The notes: generated by a model not told the origin, from the letters alone. Positions 16,745-25,478 are shown, counted from the stretch's first letter. The stretch: 38,534 nucleotides of DNA from Thermoflexus hugenholtzii JAD2 (GCA_945861815.1 CAMAVV010000001.1:1-38534); one strand, 5' to 3'. Program-made: numbers and translations.

Positions 16745-16829
16745 AGGAGCCCTCTATGCGACCAGTGGTGCGAAGGTGTGGGAGTCCTTACATACTACAG
16801 CAGGATGTCCATTTTGCGGCGAAAGCTCG

Positions 16830-17495
16830 CTACGCTTTCTTCACAGGAGGCGTGAGCGGGTAGGCGCCGCGATATTCTGGAGGCAGGAGCGATGCGATGC
16901 GCTCCATCACCATGTCCGATAGCGCCGCAAGCTGCGGCTTGGCGATGTTCCCTTCCAGATGGGGCAGGGTAAAGGCCTGTCCGATAGTGACCTGTACCTG
17001 GCGCCGCCGCAGAAGACTGAGAGGGCTTCTGATTTTCTCCGTTCCTGTGATGGCGACCGGGAGGATGGGCGCGCCTGTCCTCAGGGCGATCGTCGTCACG
17101 CCATGCTTTGGGCGCATCAGCTGTCCGGTCGAGCGCGTGCCTTCAGGGAAGAGGCCGACCGCGCCGTCCCTCGCGAGAGTGGCGATGATTTCCGCGAAGG
17201 TCTCCTTGGCGACGCCCTGGCGGTTGAGGGGGATAGCGTTGCAGCCCCGCACGATAAGCGCGGTCAAGGGATGGCGAAAGAGTTCCACCTTCGCGACGGT
17301 GCGCACGCGGCGAGGGATCGCGGTGCCGATGACGTGTGGATCGAAGTTGCTGATGTGGTTGGAGACGATGATGAGCGGGCCATAGGGTGGGACGTTCTCT
17401 TTGCCGGCGACGCGAAAGCGTGCGAAGAGGAAGAGAAGCGTGCGCACCATGATGATGAAGCAGCGGTAGTAGCCCGCGATGTAGAGCCGCTTCAT
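16830..17495 (-). CDS. plsC: 1-acyl-sn-glycerol-3-phosphate acyltransferase
   Basis: NHISNFDP (HX4D) and FPEGTRS blocks. The ATG overlaps the cmk stop (ATGA). Confidence 0.85.
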   Translation of the reverse strand: MKRLYIAGYYRCFIIMVRTLLFLFARFRVAGKENVPPYGPLIIVSNHISNFDPHVIGTAIPRRVRTVAKVELFRHPLTALIVRGCNAIPLNRQGVAKETFAEIIATLARDGAVGLFPEGTRSTGQLMRPKHGVTTIALRTGAPILPVAITGTEKIRSPLSLLRRRQVQVTIGQAFTLPHLEGNIAKPQLAALSDMVMERIASLLPPEYRGAYPLTPPVKKA

Positions 17496-18202
17496 CGCTG
17501 GCCTGCGAGGGCGCAGATGGCGCCGACAACCTGGTCGATGGAGCGCCCGTCCGTGTCCACGTGGCGCGCGTCGCTGGCTGGCTTCAGCGGCGACGTGGCT
17601 CTCTCGCTGTCGAGTTTGTCGCGCCGCTTGAGGTCTTCCAGAACCGACTCGTAGGCGATCTGTTCGCCGCGCTGACGCCGCTCTTCATAGCGCCGCCGTG
17701 CGCGCTCTTCAGCGGAGGCCAACAGATAGACCTTGAGCAGCGCATCCGGCAGGACGACGGTGCCGATGTCACGCCCGATCATGATGATGCGGCCTGCCTG
17801 GGCCATCTCGCGCTGCTTCTGAACGAGGGCCTGCCGGACGCCTGGCACGGCAGAGACCTGCGAGACGGCGCGATCGACTGCAGGGGTGACAAGGTCGCTG
17901 GTCACATCTCGGTCGTTGAGATAGACCTTTGGGGGCGCGCCATCCGGCCCGATCTCGCCGAGGCGCAGCGGCAAACTCTCGGCGATGCGGGCAAGAGCGG
18001 CGGCATCGCTCAGCGGGACGTTCTGCTCGATGGCAAGAAAGGTCACCGAGCGATACATGAGGCCAGTATCGAGAAGTCTATAGCCGAGGCGTTTCGCGAC
18101 TTTCAAGCCGACCGTAGTCTTACCGGAGGCGACTGGCCCATCGATGGCGATTGCGGAAGGAGGCTGCCTCCGCAGGCGTTTGAGGATGCTGTTGAAGGGC
18201 AT
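17492..18202 (-). CDS. cmk: Cytidylate kinase
   Basis: IAIDGPVASGKTTV P-loop, LDTGLMYR, GRDIGTVV. Confidence 0.9.
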   Translation of the reverse strand: MPFNSILKRLRRQPPSAIAIDGPVASGKTTVGLKVAKRLGYRLLDTGLMYRSVTFLAIEQNVPLSDAAALARIAESLPLRLGEIGPDGAPPKVYLNDRDVTSDLVTPAVDRAVSQVSAVPGVRQALVQKQREMAQAGRIIMIGRDIGTVVLPDALLKVYLLASAEERARRRYEERRQRGEQIAYESVLEDLKRRDKLDSERATSPLKPASDARHVDTDGRSIDQVVGAICALAGQR

Positions 18203-18212
18203 TGCGAAAGGA

Positions 18213-18218
18213 ATTATA
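18213..18218 (-). promoter_or_regulatory. Perfect TATAAT box 10 nt upstream of the cmk ATG (possible leaderless transcript)
   Basis: Minus strand CCGCTATAATTCCTTTCGCAATG. No SD in the 10-nt interval and a weak -35. Confidence 0.4.
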
Positions 18219-18256
18219 GCGGAGGCCTGAGGAGAGCGACGAACGCATAGCTTGTC

Positions 18257-18316
18257 TTACACTAGGCTTTCGCCGCGCAGGATGGCCTTTGCCACGGTGG
18301 CGCGATGAATCTCCTA
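18257..18316 (-). other. In-frame TAG plus an 18-codon conserved ACAD C-terminal tail
   Basis: TAG at 18314-18316. The same frame then reads EIHRATVAKAILRGESLV and ends at TAA (18257-18259). This aligns with DEMHTMVLAREILGREY of the paralogue at 28031-29209. Confidence 0.8.
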
Positions 18317-19405
18317 AGGGCCTTCGACGATGCGCAGGGTGCGTACCTGGGAATAGAAACGCTCCAGGGGCAAGTCTTGGGTGACGCCGATGCCGCCGTG
18401 AATCTGGATCGCTCGATCGACGACGCGCCCGACCATCTCCGTGGCGAAGACTTTGCAGATAGAGGCGTCGGTGCGTGTGCCTGTGCCGTTGTCGGCTCGC
18501 CAGGCGGCGTCGTGGACCAAAAGCCGCGCCGCACGGATGTCGATAGCAGAGTCAGCGAGCATCCATTGCACTGCCTGGCGCGAGGCGAGAGGCTGCCCGA
18601 AGGTGTGCCGGTGCTTGGCGTAGGCGGCGGCCATCTTGAGGCAGCGTACCGACGTGCCGATGGCAGTCGATGAGAGGACAAACCGGGAGTTGCCGACGCG
18701 CTTCTGCATCAGGTCGAACCCCTTATCGACTTCACCAAGGACGGCTGACATGGGAAGGCGGCAATCTTCGAACCGCAGTTCGCTGGTGCGGCGTCCGCCC
18801 AAGACGGTGATCCACCGGACGTGGCGCACACCAGGCGTGTTGTTGTCCACGATGAAACAGGTGACGCCATTGCGGCCTTTCTCCGGGGCTGTCTTTGCGA
18901 AGGTGAGCATGAAATCGGCGCGTTCCCACCTGCTGGAGAAGACCTTCGTGCCGTTGAGGACGAAATGGCCGCCGTTGCGAACGGCAGTCGCTTCGATGGC
19001 GGCGGCATCGGAGCCGGCGTTCGGCTCGGTGAGAGCGATCATCGAGTGGCGTTCGCCCTTGATCGTAGGGATGAGATAGCGTTCGATCTGTTGTGGCGTC
19101 CCGAGGGCGAGGATCGCCCAGTTGGCAGGGTTGCCAAGCTCGAAGCGGAGGCAGGTCTTGCCCATCTCCTCGTGGATAATTGCCATGCCGAGGTTGTTCA
19201 CTCCGCCGCCGCCAAACGTGGCAGGCGCCGCCGCCGCCCAGAGGCCAAGCGCGATGGCCTTCTTCTCCAGGGCGAGGCGAGGCTCCTCCGGCAGCTCCGG
19301 GTGCACGTAGACCGATTCGAGGGGGATGAGTTCCTTTTCCACGAACTGCCGAGCCAGATCGCGCAGCATCTTCAGTTCATCGCTGATAGTGAAGTCCATA
19401 GACAT
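18314..19405 (-). CDS. Acyl-CoA dehydrogenase (ACAD1), ends prematurely at an in-frame TAG
   Basis: ACAD blocks LTEPNAGSD, FVLNGTKVFSS and a C-terminal domain ending ...VRTLRIVEGP-stop. The conserved last helix continues in the same frame after the TAG (see 18257-18316). Confidence 0.85.
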   Translation of the reverse strand: MSMDFTISDELKMLRDLARQFVEKELIPLESVYVHPELPEEPRLALEKKAIALGLWAAAAPATFGGGGVNNLGMAIIHEEMGKTCLRFELGNPANWAILALGTPQQIERYLIPTIKGERHSMIALTEPNAGSDAAAIEATAVRNGGHFVLNGTKVFSSRWERADFMLTFAKTAPEKGRNGVTCFIVDNNTPGVRHVRWITVLGGRRTSELRFEDCRLPMSAVLGEVDKGFDLMQKRVGNSRFVLSSTAIGTSVRCLKMAAAYAKHRHTFGQPLASRQAVQWMLADSAIDIRAARLLVHDAAWRADNGTGTRTDASICKVFATEMVGRVVDRAIQIHGGIGVTQDLPLERFYSQVRTLRIVEGP

Positions 19406-19434
19406 TTCTCCTCGGGCGAAGGGCGCGTCGGTGT

Positions 19435-20355
19435 CTAGTAGCGGCTGTCCTCTTCGTTATCGGTGGCCTGTTTCTTGTCTTGTCCCTCCGAGGGAGCCTC
19501 CCACTTCGGCGTGCGGCGCTCGGCGAAGGCGCGCATCCCTTCGGCGTAGTTCCCTTTATCGACGACGCGCTGGTTCATGAGGCTCGCGGAGAACTTGATG
19601 TCCTCCTCGGCGCCTCGCCAGAAGGCACGATAGAAGCTCTCCTTCATGGCGCGGATAGAGGTTGGCGAGACATCCCGAACGATGGTGTCAGCGATGGAGC
19701 GCGCGGTTGGCAGCAATTCCTTGGGCGAGACGACGTGGGTGCAGAGGCCCCATTGCATCGCCTGGTGTGCGGTGACCGGCTGGCCCGTGAGCGTCATGTA
19801 GAGTGCGACGGCTTTTGGCATGTAGCGGAAGGCGGTCGCGCCACCGGTGAGCGGCGAGATGAAGCCGACCTTGCTCTGGGTGATGCCGAACTTCGCCTCC
19901 TCGGATGCGACGACGATGTCCGAGTTCAGCACCATCGCAAAGCCGCCAGCGACGGCCCAGCCATTGACTGCTGCGATGATGGGCTTCCAGATGTTGAACC
20001 GCGTGCGCGGTGTTGGGAAGGGCGGGTGCCGAAGGACCTCGGGGCCAGGCTCTTTGCCGCCTTCTTCCCAGGCTTTCAGCGCTTTGTGGGACGTGCGAAG
20101 CTCTTTGCGCGCAGCTTCGTTGAAGACATTCTCCGGGCTTTTCACGTCGCCCCCTGCACAAAAGGCGCGCCCCTTGCCGGTAAGGATGGCGACTTGGAGC
20201 TTTGGGTCGTCGCGGAAGTCGAGCCAAACGCGGGTAAGTTCACGGCACATGGGGATGTCGTAGGCGTTGAGCGACTCCGGGCGGTTGAGGGTGATGAGCG
20301 CGATGGGGCCATCCTTTTCATAGATGACAGTCTTGAGGTCTTTCCATGTGCTCAT
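19435..20355 (-). CDS. Crotonase-fold (enoyl-CoA hydratase/isomerase superfamily) protein ECH1
   Basis: ITLNRPESLNAY, oxyanion-hole region FCAGGD, PIIAAVNGWAVAGG. Carries an insertion of about 20 aa and an acidic C-terminal tail. Lacks both canonical hydratase Glu residues. Confidence 0.85.
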   Translation of the reverse strand: MSTWKDLKTVIYEKDGPIALITLNRPESLNAYDIPMCRELTRVWLDFRDDPKLQVAILTGKGRAFCAGGDVKSPENVFNEAARKELRTSHKALKAWEEGGKEPGPEVLRHPPFPTPRTRFNIWKPIIAAVNGWAVAGGFAMVLNSDIVVASEEAKFGITQSKVGFISPLTGGATAFRYMPKAVALYMTLTGQPVTAHQAMQWGLCTHVVSPKELLPTARSIADTIVRDVSPTSIRAMKESFYRAFWRGAEEDIKFSASLMNQRVVDKGNYAEGMRAFAERRTPKWEAPSEGQDKKQATDNEEDSRY

Positions 20356-20389
20356 CGATGTGTCTCCTCAGGTTTCGACGTTTAGCCCA

Positions 20390-21694
20390 TCAGACGATAC
20401 CTTCGACAAAGTCTCTGCCGATATGCCCTGTCGCTTCCATCTCCTGATACCGCGCATCCGAGAGGCAGAGCAAGTCTTTGTAGACGTACTCATTGTGCTC
20501 GCCAAGAGAACATGGGGGAAGGCGCAGATGGTTCGGCGTCTCCGACTGCTTCCAGAGAGGGCCATGATACTTGTATGTCCCGGCCTCCGTGTGATGCAAC
20601 TCCTCAAAGAAGCCGCGCGCCGCGAGCTGCGGATCCTCCAGCAATTGGAACTCATCGAGGACAGGGCCGGCAGGGACGCCTTTTGCTTGAAGGACCGTGA
20701 ACAGATGGCGGGAATCTTTGTCTTGCGTCCAATCGCTGATGACGACATCAAGGGCGTCATGATTCAGCCTGCGGGCCGCGGCGCTTGCGAAGCGGGCATC
20801 TTTTGCAAGGGAAGGCTGGCCCATCACATCGCACAGGGCCTTCCATTGCGCCTCCTTGGCGATGGACAAGACGAGCCACTGGTCATTACCTGTGCACCGG
20901 TAGCAACCCTGGGGCGCCATCACCGGGTCGCGATTGCCGATGGACTCTTGGATGTGGCCGTTCATCGTGTAGTCCATAAGCGGCTCTGCCATATAGCCCA
21001 GGAAGTTTTCAACCAGGGGCACTTCGACAAGCTGCGCCTCTCCCGTCTGTCGCCGCCGCCACAATGCCGCCAGGGTTGCGAAGGCGCTCGCTGAACCTGC
21101 GGCGGCATCGGCGGCTGTCGTATCGCCGCGCATCGTCGGGTCAACGTCAGGGTAACCCATGATGGCGTGGTGGCCCGTGACGCCGTCGGTGTGGGTGCCC
21201 AGCGCGCGGTAGCGTGCATACGAGCCGGTGAGGCCAAAGCCAGGCATGCGCACCATGATGAGCTGCGGGTTGTATCGCAATAGGACGTCGTATTCCAGCC
21301 CGAGTTTCTGGATCAGCCGTGGCGTGCTGTTCTCGATGAGAACGTCGGCGATGCGAACGAGGTCGAGGAGGATGGCCTTGCCCTCCGGCCTGCGAAGGTC
21401 CACGGTCATGCTGAGCTTGTTGCGCGCGTGGGCGTTGAAGCTGGGATGGCGGTTCCAGGGGCGCTTTCCTGGATCGAGATTCGGATAGGCGTAATGGAAG
21501 ACGAGCTTGCCCTTCTGCACCATCTCCTTCGTGGGCCGCGCCACGTTCCCCCGCGTATTCATCTGTTTCACCTGCGTCGATTCGACGCGGATCACTTCTG
21601 CGCCCCAGTCGGCGAGGAGCATCGTGGCATATGGCCCGGCCCAGAGGCCCGTCATATCGAGGATGCGGATGCCGGCGAGAGGGAGCTCAGACAT
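20390..21694 (-). CDS. Family III (CaiB/BaiF) CoA-transferase P1, type A
   Basis: GIRILDMTGLWAGPYATMLLADWGAEVIRVES followed by an insertion of about 45 aa. Asp in TAADAAAGSASAFATLAAL. Confidence 0.9.
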   Translation of the reverse strand: MSELPLAGIRILDMTGLWAGPYATMLLADWGAEVIRVESTQVKQMNTRGNVARPTKEMVQKGKLVFHYAYPNLDPGKRPWNRHPSFNAHARNKLSMTVDLRRPEGKAILLDLVRIADVLIENSTPRLIQKLGLEYDVLLRYNPQLIMVRMPGFGLTGSYARYRALGTHTDGVTGHHAIMGYPDVDPTMRGDTTAADAAAGSASAFATLAALWRRRQTGEAQLVEVPLVENFLGYMAEPLMDYTMNGHIQESIGNRDPVMAPQGCYRCTGNDQWLVLSIAKEAQWKALCDVMGQPSLAKDARFASAAARRLNHDALDVVISDWTQDKDSRHLFTVLQAKGVPAGPVLDEFQLLEDPQLAARGFFEELHHTEAGTYKYHGPLWKQSETPNHLRLPPCSLGEHNEYVYKDLLCLSDARYQEMEATGHIGRDFVEGIV

Positions 21695-21702
21695 CGAGTC
21701 TC

Positions 21703-22953
21703 CTAAATGACACCCAATCGGCGAAACCTTGCGACCTCTTCGGATGAGTAGCGTAGCGCGTCCGTGAGCACTTCCTTATTGTGCTGGCCGAGGGTCGGCG
21801 CCGGGCGGCGCAGGGACCAGGGCGTGCGATGCAGGATGAACGGCCTGCCGGGCATGACAACCGTGCCGGCCTCCGGGTGTTCGACCGTCGCCCAGACGCC
21901 GCGCGCGCGAAAGGTTTTGTCGTTCATCACATCCTTTGGTGTGTACATGGGCCCGCAGGCAAGCCCCACAGCCTGGGCCATGTGCCATACCTCCTGCATC
22001 GTGTGCTGCATGAGCCAGGGCAGCAGGATCGTCTGATTGAACTCTTCGACGATGCGCGGGTCTGAGCGATTGCTCATCGGCCCAAACGTCGGATGCTGCA
22101 GCAGCTCCTCACGACCGATGAGCTTGACCGTGTAGGGGAATCGCGCGGCGCTGCCGGAGAGGTGGATGTAGCCATCGGCGCAGGGGAAGGTGCCGGTGGC
22201 AAGGGCGAACTGCATGGGACGCCTGGGAAAGACATAGCCGGTGTGCTGGGCGGCGAGCGTCATCGTAGTGCGGCGGTCCTGGCTGCCCGCCTGTGTTTCG
22301 AAGATAGAGACGTCGACGTGTTCGCCGCGCCCGCGACGCTCTCTCGCGAAAAGGGCTGTCATCACTGCGGCGGCGGCGATGGAGCCGGCCTGCTGAAGGG
22401 CGACGTGCGCGCCGTACTTCGTCGGTTCGCGGTCAGGCATGCCCGTGGCGCGAAGGGAGCCGCCCATGCCGTGTTCGATGATTTCCGAGGCGAGAGAGTC
22501 GCGGTATGGCCCAGACTGGCCGAAGTTGGAGATGGAGACCACAACGAGCTTTTTATTTGCCTTTTCCAGGGAGGAATAGCCTAGCCCAAGGCGCTCCATC
22601 GTCCCTGGTTTGAAGCTTTCAACGACGACGTCAGCCCATCGTGCAAGGTGTAAAAGCAGTTGCCGCCCTTTCTCTATTTTCAAGTTCAGCGCCATGCCGC
22701 GTTTGTTCGTATTGAGATAGAGAAAGAGGCCGCTCTTTTCTCGATGCGGATGATTGCCGGGGAACGGCCCCATCTGGCGAGCGATGTCTCCAACCTCCGG
22801 CTTTTCGATTTTGATAACGTCTGCGCCATAGTCGGCGAGAAGTTTGGTGCAATAGGGGCCGCTGATATGTTGCGTCAGGTCGAGCACCTTCAGCCCGTCC
22901 AGCGCGCCTGGGCTTTTTCCTGCTTGGCCGCTGTGTTGTTTCACCATGCTCAT
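21703..22953 (-). CDS. Family III CoA-transferase P2, type B (Leu at the catalytic Asp position)
   Basis: LKVLDLTQHISGPYCTKLLADYGADVIKIEKPEVGD, GPFPGNHPHREKS, PDREP. The ATG overlaps the P3 stop (ATGA). Confidence 0.9.
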   Translation of the reverse strand: MSMVKQHSGQAGKSPGALDGLKVLDLTQHISGPYCTKLLADYGADVIKIEKPEVGDIARQMGPFPGNHPHREKSGLFLYLNTNKRGMALNLKIEKGRQLLLHLARWADVVVESFKPGTMERLGLGYSSLEKANKKLVVVSISNFGQSGPYRDSLASEIIEHGMGGSLRATGMPDREPTKYGAHVALQQAGSIAAAAVMTALFARERRGRGEHVDVSIFETQAGSQDRRTTMTLAAQHTGYVFPRRPMQFALATGTFPCADGYIHLSGSAARFPYTVKLIGREELLQHPTFGPMSNRSDPRIVEEFNQTILLPWLMQHTMQEVWHMAQAVGLACGPMYTPKDVMNDKTFRARGVWATVEHPEAGTVVMPGRPFILHRTPWSLRRPAPTLGQHNKEVLTDALRYSSEEVARFRRLGVI

Positions 22954-24188
22954 GCGACAACACCTTCTGTTGCGAGCGCGTCCAGATCATCAGGCGAGAG
23001 ACCGAGCTGTTCACAAAAGACGTAGCTGTTGCCGTTGCCGAGAGTGGGCGCATGGCGCCGATAGGAGCCTGGGGTAGCGCTGAGGCGAAGTGGGAAGCCA
23101 GGCTGGACTTCGTAGCCGACCAAGGGATGGTTGACCTCCAAAAAAGTGCCGCGCGCCTTGTGGTGCGGGTCGAAGATCTGGTCTTCTATCGTCGCGAGGG
23201 GCGCTGCGGCCACGCCATATTGCTGCAAGCGTTGGGTCAGCTCTCGCGCCTCCCAGGAGACCGTCGATTCGTTGATGAAAGCATCGAGCTCACGGCGATG
23301 TTTCCTGCGAAGTCGGGCATTCGCGAAACGAGAGTCATTGACCCACTCGGGACGGGTGAGCCCTTCGCAGAGCCCGCGCCACTCTGCCTCGTTTGCCACG
23401 CCAATCGATATCCACTTATCGGCGCCCTTGCAGTGATAGTTACCATGAGGCGCAAGCGTCTGGTGTTCATTTCCATGAGGGGTCGCGATGCGTCCATTCA
23501 GAAAGTAGTCAGCAAGGGGCGCGCCTTCGACGTTCACAAGGTTCTCCCACTGGGAGAAGTCGATGTAGCTCCCGCGCCCGGTGCGGTTGCGCTGGAAGAG
23601 AGCCGCGCAGATGGCCGACGCGCCAAAGATTGCAGCCGAGACATCGGCGTAGGCCGCCTGCATCGTGCCAAGCACCTTGCCGTCTTCATAGCCGAGGAAT
23701 GAGCTGAAGCCGCTCAGCGCCTGGTTCGCCGTTGCATAGCCGACGATGTGCTTCAGCGGGCCCGTCTGGCCAGGGCCGCTCATGGCGAGGTAGACGAGGG
23801 AGGGATTTGCAGAGGAAAGTTCGCGATAGCCAAGGCCAAGGCGGTCCATCACGCCAGGGGCAAAGTTCTCGGTGACGACGTCGGAGATGGCAGCGAGCCG
23901 CCGGAGGAGCGCGATGCTCTTCGGCTTGGTGAAGTCGAGTGTGATGCTGAGCTTGTTGCGATTGAGGGTGTGGAAGGCTGGCTGCATTTCCGGCCATTTC
24001 CCCATGTCGCCGCCTGCGATATCTTCGCCGACGACAGGCCGTCCACGGCGGCCCGTCTCCATGTGCACCCGCGATTCGACCTTGATGACCTCCGCGCCCA
24101 TATCGGCAAGGATGCCGCCGCACAAAGGGCCTGCCATCACCCTTCCGAAGTCAAGGATGCGATAGCGCTCTAATGCCTGTTGTGCCAT
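22950..24188 (-). CDS. Family III CoA-transferase P3, type A-like
   Basis: True start is ATG 24188 (MAQQALERYRILDFGRVMAGPLCGGILADMGAEVIKVES plus an insertion). The 491-aa ORF extension overlaps the upstream gene. Confidence 0.9.
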   Translation of the reverse strand: MAQQALERYRILDFGRVMAGPLCGGILADMGAEVIKVESRVHMETGRRGRPVVGEDIAGGDMGKWPEMQPAFHTLNRNKLSITLDFTKPKSIALLRRLAAISDVVTENFAPGVMDRLGLGYRELSSANPSLVYLAMSGPGQTGPLKHIVGYATANQALSGFSSFLGYEDGKVLGTMQAAYADVSAAIFGASAICAALFQRNRTGRGSYIDFSQWENLVNVEGAPLADYFLNGRIATPHGNEHQTLAPHGNYHCKGADKWISIGVANEAEWRGLCEGLTRPEWVNDSRFANARLRRKHRRELDAFINESTVSWEARELTQRLQQYGVAAAPLATIEDQIFDPHHKARGTFLEVNHPLVGYEVQPGFPLRLSATPGSYRRHAPTLGNGNSYVFCEQLGLSPDDLDALATEGVVA

Positions 24189-24193
24189 GGCGC

Positions 24194-25417
24194 TCAGGCC
24201 TTGAACTCTTGAAGGATCTTTTGCGTATGCTGGCCTAATCGCGGTGCGGGATGCGTCGAAGCAAAGCCCTCGCCGTTGGCGAGCCAGGGGAGACGCGGCA
24301 CGTCGAAGTGTGGCATGCCTGGGGCTGTGTATGTGCTGAAAAGGCCGCGCGCGCGAAGGTGCAGGTTTGTGGCTACTTCGTCGATGGTGAGCACAGGCGC
24401 GACTGGGATATGGCGCTCCTGGCACATCGCAAAGATTTCCTGTTTGGTATAGCGCGCGAGCCAGGGAAGAAGCTGCGCATCGGCTTCATCAGGGTACTTT
24501 TCCGACATGGCCCGAAGGTCTTGGTAGCGAGGCTCCTTCGACCATTCTGGATTGCCCATGAGCTCCACAAACTTGAACCACTCTTCGCGGCGAAGGAAGG
24601 TGATGGAGACGTGGCCGTCCTTGCAGGGCAGGATAGTGCGCGGGTAGATGCCCAGGCCCGTTCGGTGCCCTGCGCGTATCCCTGCGACGCCTCTATATAT
24701 GTAGGTAACGGCGAGGTTGCCCATGTGGAGGCAGGAGAGGACTTCTTCGGTGGCGATGTCCACATGCTGGCCTTCTCCGGTGGAGTCGCGGGCGAGAAGG
24801 GCCATCATCGTGGCGCAGAAGGCGGCCTGGCCCCCTTGGAAGTCGCAGACGTCGTATGGCACAGCGAGGGGTTCTCTATCGGGAAGGCCTGCGCCGATGC
24901 TGAAGCCGCCAGCCGCGCTCGCCGTGACGTCGTACCCCTTGTACTCGGCGTAAGGGCCTTTCTGCCCAAAGGTTGTGATGGAGGTGAGGGTAAGGCGCGG
25001 ATGGTCAGCGTGAAGTGGCGCAAAGTCTAGACCGATAGCCGTGCGCTCGGAAGGGCGATGATCGCTGATGACGACGTCGGCGTTTGAGACGAGTCTCTTC
25101 AACGCTTGCCTTCCGCGGGCAGCTTGCAAATCGAGGGTGATGCTCTCTTTGCCGCGATTGAGCGTGTGGAAGATGGCGCTCTTTTCAGGGTGTGGAATGT
25201 CCTTTGGGAATGGCCCGAGCCGCCGTGAGAGGTCTCCTTCCGGCGGTTCGACTTTGATGACGCGCGCGCCCAGCTGTGTCATCGTCACGCCACAAAAGGG
25301 GCCTGCGACGCCGTGGGCCACCTCGATAACGCGCAGGCCGTCCAGCCAGCCGCTGCCCGTTCGCGCCGCGTCTTTCCGACGTGGTCTTTTGACTGCCTTA
25401 GCCTGGCCCATACGCAT
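24194..25417 (-). CDS. Family III CoA-transferase P4, type B
   Basis: LRVIEVAHGVAGPFCGVTMTQLGARVIKVEPPEGD, GPFPKDIPHPEKS, PDREP. Asp in VCDFQGG. Confidence 0.9.
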   Translation of the reverse strand: MRMGQAKAVKRPRRKDAARTGSGWLDGLRVIEVAHGVAGPFCGVTMTQLGARVIKVEPPEGDLSRRLGPFPKDIPHPEKSAIFHTLNRGKESITLDLQAARGRQALKRLVSNADVVISDHRPSERTAIGLDFAPLHADHPRLTLTSITTFGQKGPYAEYKGYDVTASAAGGFSIGAGLPDREPLAVPYDVCDFQGGQAAFCATMMALLARDSTGEGQHVDIATEEVLSCLHMGNLAVTYIYRGVAGIRAGHRTGLGIYPRTILPCKDGHVSITFLRREEWFKFVELMGNPEWSKEPRYQDLRAMSEKYPDEADAQLLPWLARYTKQEIFAMCQERHIPVAPVLTIDEVATNLHLRARGLFSTYTAPGMPHFDVPRLPWLANGEGFASTHPAPRLGQHTQKILQEFKA

Positions 25418-25449
25418 CCTTGCCTCGGTGAAACAAAAGGGGTTTGGCG

Positions 25450-25478
25450 AACATAGCGCAGTGCAGGTGGCCGGTCAA
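25450..25478 (-). promoter_or_regulatory. Sigma70-type promoter inside the CoA-transferase array
   Basis: Minus strand: TTGACC (25473-25478), 17 nt, TATGTT (25450-25455), in the only sizeable gap (97 nt) of the array. Confidence 0.6.

Noticed and set aside
16745-16829. Possible glmS ribozyme or riboswitch upstream of glmS
   Set aside because: Only 85 nt separate glmS from the plsC stop, too short for the roughly 170-nt ribozyme. I could not find its conserved core. No convincing promoter was found there either.
18314-18316. Pyrrolysine or genome-wide TAG reassignment as the explanation for the in-frame amber codon in ACAD1
   Set aside because: TAG terminates several well-defined genes in the same window (stops at 1202, 2306, 4808, 9004, 32750, 32749). 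No pyl genes are visible. A mutation, a sequencing error or local readthrough is more parsimonious.
22950-24425. 491-aa version of CoA-transferase P3 with an 80-aa Arg/Pro-rich N-terminal extension
   Set aside because: The extension overlaps the 3' end of P4 in another frame. Family homology begins at the internal ATG 24188, 5 nt after the P4 stop.
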